From positions 128,650,001-128,714,000 of the forward strand of contig OZ024744.1 of assembly GCA_964016885.1 (NCBI GenBank): a stretch of 64,000 bases of DNA, read 5' to 3'. Both the position numbers and the translations under genes were made by a program. Each line of letters opens with the position of its first letter. Positions within the stretch are counted from its first letter, which is position 1. This stretch comes from Eledone cirrhosa (taxonomy: Eukaryota). The notes beneath the pieces were generated by a model. That model was not told the origin of the DNA and did not search any database. It saw nothing but the letters and a program-made list of their open reading frames with translations. Shown piece after piece: positions 60,001 to 64,000 of the stretch.

Positions 60001-61641
60001 GGGGTTAATTTAAGTTGGGGTTAATTTAAGTTGGGTCTAATTAAGTTGGGGTTAAGTTAAGTTGGGGTTAAGTTACGTTGGGGTTAAGTTAAGTTGCGTT
60101 TACGTTAAGTTGGGGGTAAGTTAAGTTGGTGGTAAGTTAAGTTGGGGGTAAGTTAAGATGGGGTTAAGTTAAGTTGGGGTTAATTTAATTTGGGGTTAAG
60201 TTAAGTTAGGGTTAAGTTAAGTTGGGGTTGAGTTAAGTCGGGGTTCAGTTAAGTTGGGGTTATGTTAAGTTGGGGTTAAGTTAAGTTGGGGTTAAGTTAA
60301 GTTGGGGTTCAATTAAGTTGCGGGTAATTTAAGTTGGGGTTAAGTTAAGTTGGGGGTACGTTAAGTTGGGGGTAAGTTAAGTTGGGGTTAAGTTAAGTTG
60401 GGGTTAAGTTAAGTCGGGGTTAATTTAAGTTGCGGTTAAGTTAAGTTGGGGTTAAGTTAAGTTGGGGTTAAGTTAAGTTGGGATTAAGTTAAGTTGGGGT
60501 TAAGTTAAGTTGGGGTTGAGTTAAGTTGGGGTTAAGTTAGATTATTGTTAATTTATTTTGGGGTTAAGTTAAGTTGGGGTTAAGTTAAGTTGGGGTTAAT
60601 TTAAGTTGGGGTTAAGTTAAGTGGGGGTTAAGTTGAGTTGGGGTTAAGTTAAGTTGGGGTTAAGTTAAGTTGGGGTTAAGATAAGTTGGGGTTAAGTTAA
60701 GTTGGGGTTGAGTTAAGTTCGGGTTGAGTTAATTTGGGGTTAACTTAAGTTGGGGTTAACTTAAGTTGGGGTTAAGTTAAGTTGGGTTTATGTTAAGTTG
60801 GGGATAAGTTAAGTTGGGGTTAAGTTAAGTTGGGGTTCAATTAAGTTGCGGTTAATTTAAGTTGGGGTTAAGTTAAGTTGGGGTTAAGTTAAGTTGGGGT
60901 TAAGTTAAGTTGGGGTTAAATTAAGTAAGGGCTAAGTTAAGTTGAGGTTATGTTAAGTTGGTGTTAAGTTAAGTTGGGGTTAAGTTAAGTTGTGGTTAAG
61001 TTAAGTTGGGGTTTAAGTTAAGTTGGGGTTAAGTTAAGTTGGGGTTAATTTAATTTGGGGTTAAGTTAAGTTAGGGTTAAGTTAAGTTGGGGTTGAGTTA
61101 AGTTGGGGTTAAGTTAAGTTGGGGTTATGTTAAGTTGGGGATAAGTTAAGTTGGGGTTAAGTTAAGTTGGGGTTCAATTAAGTTGCGGTTAATTTAAGTT
61201 GGGGTTAAGTTAAGTTCGGGTTAAGTTAAGTTGGGGTTAAGTTAAGTTGGGGTTAAATTAAGTTAGGGCTAAGTTAAGTTGAGGTTATGTTAAGTTGGTG
61301 TTAAGTTAAGTTGGGGTTAAGTTAAGTTGGGGTTAAGTTAAGTTGGGGTTAAGTTAAGTTGGGTTTAAGTTAAGTTGGGGCTAAGTTAAGTTGGGGTTAA
61401 GTTAAGTTGGGGTTAAGTTAAGTTGGGGTTAAGTTAGGTTGGTGTTAAGTTAAGTTGGGGGTAAGTTAAGTTGGGGGTAAGTTAAGTTGGTGTTAAGTTA
61501 AGTTGGGGTTAAGTTAAGTTGGGGCTAAGTTAAGTTGGGTTTAAGTTAAGTTGGGTCTAAGTTAAGTTGGGGTTAAGTTAAGTTGGGGTTAACTTAAGTT
61601 GGGGGTAAGTTAAGTTGGGTTTGAGTTAAGTTGGGGTTAAG
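48039..61641 (+). repeat. 16-bp satellite array, block 4 (contains inversion 48718-48945)
   Basis: Same consensus; from 53042 onward it reproduces the variant order seen from position 1. Confidence 0.99.
48718..48945 (-). repeat. Inverted satellite block 3, 228 bp
   Basis: Same breakpoints as the other two blocks, one CTTAA pentamer shorter near the right end. Confidence 0.97.
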
Positions 61642-64000
61642 TTAGGTTTTTCGAAAACCTTATATAATCATTTTTTTTTAGGTTTTTCGAAACACCTTAT
61701 ATAATCAATTTTTTTATGTTTTTCGAAAAACCTTATATAATCATTTTTTTTATACTTTTAGAAATATTTATATCTGATTTCAAATATTTATTTTTCTAGG
61801 TTTTTCGAAAACCTTATATAATCAATTTTTTTTAGGTTTTTCGAAAAATGTTATATAATCAATTTTTTTTAGGTTTTTCGAAAAACCTTATATAATCAAT
61901 TTTTTTTTAGGTTTTTCGAAACACCTTATATAATCAATTTTTTTTAGGTTTTTCGAAAAACCTTATATAATCAATTTTTTTTAGGTTTTTCGAAAAACCT
62001 TATATAATCAATTTTTTTAGGTTTTTCGTAAAACCTTATATAATCAATTTTTTTAGGTTTTTCGAAAAACCTTATATAATCAATTTTTTTTAGGTTTTTC
62101 GAAATACCTTATATAATTAATTTTTTTTAGGTTTTTCGAAAAATCTTATATAATTAATTTATATCTGATTTCAAATATTGATTTTTTTAGGTTTTTCGAA
62201 AACCTTATATAATCAATTTTTTTTAGGTTTTTCGAAAAAGAATGAATTCATATTCGAAATATATACTTCTGCATTAATCTTTTTTGCATGTTTTGAAATT
62301 TAAAAAAAACGTAAAAAATTAATGCTTTTACAAATATTTTGAAATATTTACTTTCTGGTTTCAAATTTTGCAAATTAAATTTTTTTCTAAAAAAATCAGT
62401 TTTCGAAATCAGAAGTTAATATTTCGAAAAACGCAATTTAAAAAACTCATATTAATTTTTTTTCGAATGAAGTTTTTTTATGCTTTTAGAAATATTTATA
62501 TCTGATTTAAAATATTGATTTTTTTAGGTTTACCTTATATAATCAAACAAATTTTTTTAGGTTTTTCGAAATATCTTATATAATCAATTTTTTTTAGGTT
62601 TTTCGAAAAAGAATGAATTTGAGTTCATAGTCGAAATATATACTTCTGCATTAATCTTTGATTTTTTGCATGTTTTGAAATCTAAAAAAAACGTAAAAAA
62701 TTAATGCTTTTACAAATATTTTGAAATATTTACTTTCTGGTTTCTAAGTTTGCAAATTAAATTTTTTTCGAAAAACCTAAAAAAAATCAGTTTTTGAAAT
62801 CAGAAGTTAATATTTCGAAAAACGCAATTTGAAAAACTCATATTAATTTTTTTTCGAATGAAGTTTTTTATACTTTTAGAAATATTTATATCTGATTTCA
62901 AATATTGATTTTTTTAGGTTTTTCGAAAAAGAATGAATTTGAGTTCATAGTCGAAATATATATTTCTGCATTAATCTTTTTACGTTTTTCTGATTTTTTG
63001 CATGTTTTGAAATTTAAAAAAAACGTAAAAAATCAATATTTCGAAAAACGCAATTTGAAAAACTCATATTCATTTTTTTTCGAATGAATTCTTTCATACT
63101 TTTAGAAATATTTATATCTGATTTTAAATATTGATTTTTTTAGGTTTACCTTATATAATCAAATTTTTTTAGGTTTTTCGAAAAAGAATGAATTTGAGTT
63201 CATAGTCGAAATATATACTTCTGCATTAATCTTTTTACGTTTTTCTGATTTTTTGCATGTTTTGAAATTTAAAAAAAAACGTAAAAAATTAATGGTTTTA
63301 CAAATATTTTGAAATATTTACTTTCTGGTTTCGAATTTTGCAAATTAAATTTTTTTCGAAAAAAACCTAAAAAAATCAGTTTTCGAAATCAGAAGTTAAT
63401 ATTTCGAAAAACGCAATTTGAAAAACTCATATTAATTTTTTTTCGAATGAAGTTTTTTTATGCTTTTAGAAATATTTATATCTGATTTCCAATATTGATT
63501 TTTTTTAGGTTTTTCGAAAAAGAATGAATTTGAGTTCATAGTCGAAATATATATTTCTGCATTGATCTTTGATTTTTTGCATGTTTTGAAATTTAAAAAA
63601 AAAGTAAAAAATTAATGATTTTACAAATATTTTGAAATATTTACTTTCTGGTTTCAAAGTTTGCAAATTAAATTTTTTTCGAAAAACCTAAAAAAAATCA
63701 GTTTTCGAAATCAGAAGTTAATATTTCGAAAAACGCAATTTAAAAAACTCATATTAATTTTTTTTCGAATGAATTCTTTTAGAAATATTTATATCTGATT
63801 TCAAATATTGATTTTTTTAGGTTTACCTTATATAATCAATTTTTTTTAGGTTTTTCAAAAACCTTATATAATCAATTTTTTTTAGGTTTTTCGAAAAACC
63901 TTACATAATCAATTTTTTTTAGGTTTTTTCGAAAAACCTTATATAATCAATTTTTTACGTTTTTAGAAAAACCTTATATAATCAATTTTTTTTATACTTT
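61642..64000. repeat. AT-rich composite repeat island 4 (five core units; truncated by window end)
   Basis: Same left junction; core markers near 62234, 62605, 62925, 63180, 63516; right 37-bp array starts at 63819. Confidence 0.96.

Noticed and set aside
62905-63087. Second copy of the 60-aa ORF
   Set aside because: Near-identity reflects recent duplication of the island, not coding constraint.

Overview
The window is entirely non-coding tandem-repeat DNA, most likely eukaryotic heterochromatin (centromeric, pericentromeric or subtelomeric/telomere-like); the organism cannot be determined from the sequence. About 85% is a strand-asymmetric 16-bp satellite, (TTGGGG-TTAAG-TTAAG)n, whose point variants recur in fixed order and define kb-scale higher-order repeats. 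Four copies of a 2.3-2.9 kb AT-rich island interrupt it (starts 6909, 29053, 45742, 61642). Each island has terminal arrays of a ~37-bp unit containing the 18-bp palindrome AGGTTTTTCGAAAAACCT, around a core of 4-6 hairpin-rich ~255-385 bp units. Each complete island is followed 0.65-0.82 kb later by a ~230-bp TTAA-bounded inverted satellite block containing a perfect 83-bp inverted copy of the adjacent DNA. Satellite, island and inversion form a 16-22 kb macro-unit with an apparent ~53-55 kb super-period. No credible genes, RNA genes, CRISPR arrays or autonomous mobile elements were found. All coordinates and counts were read by eye.
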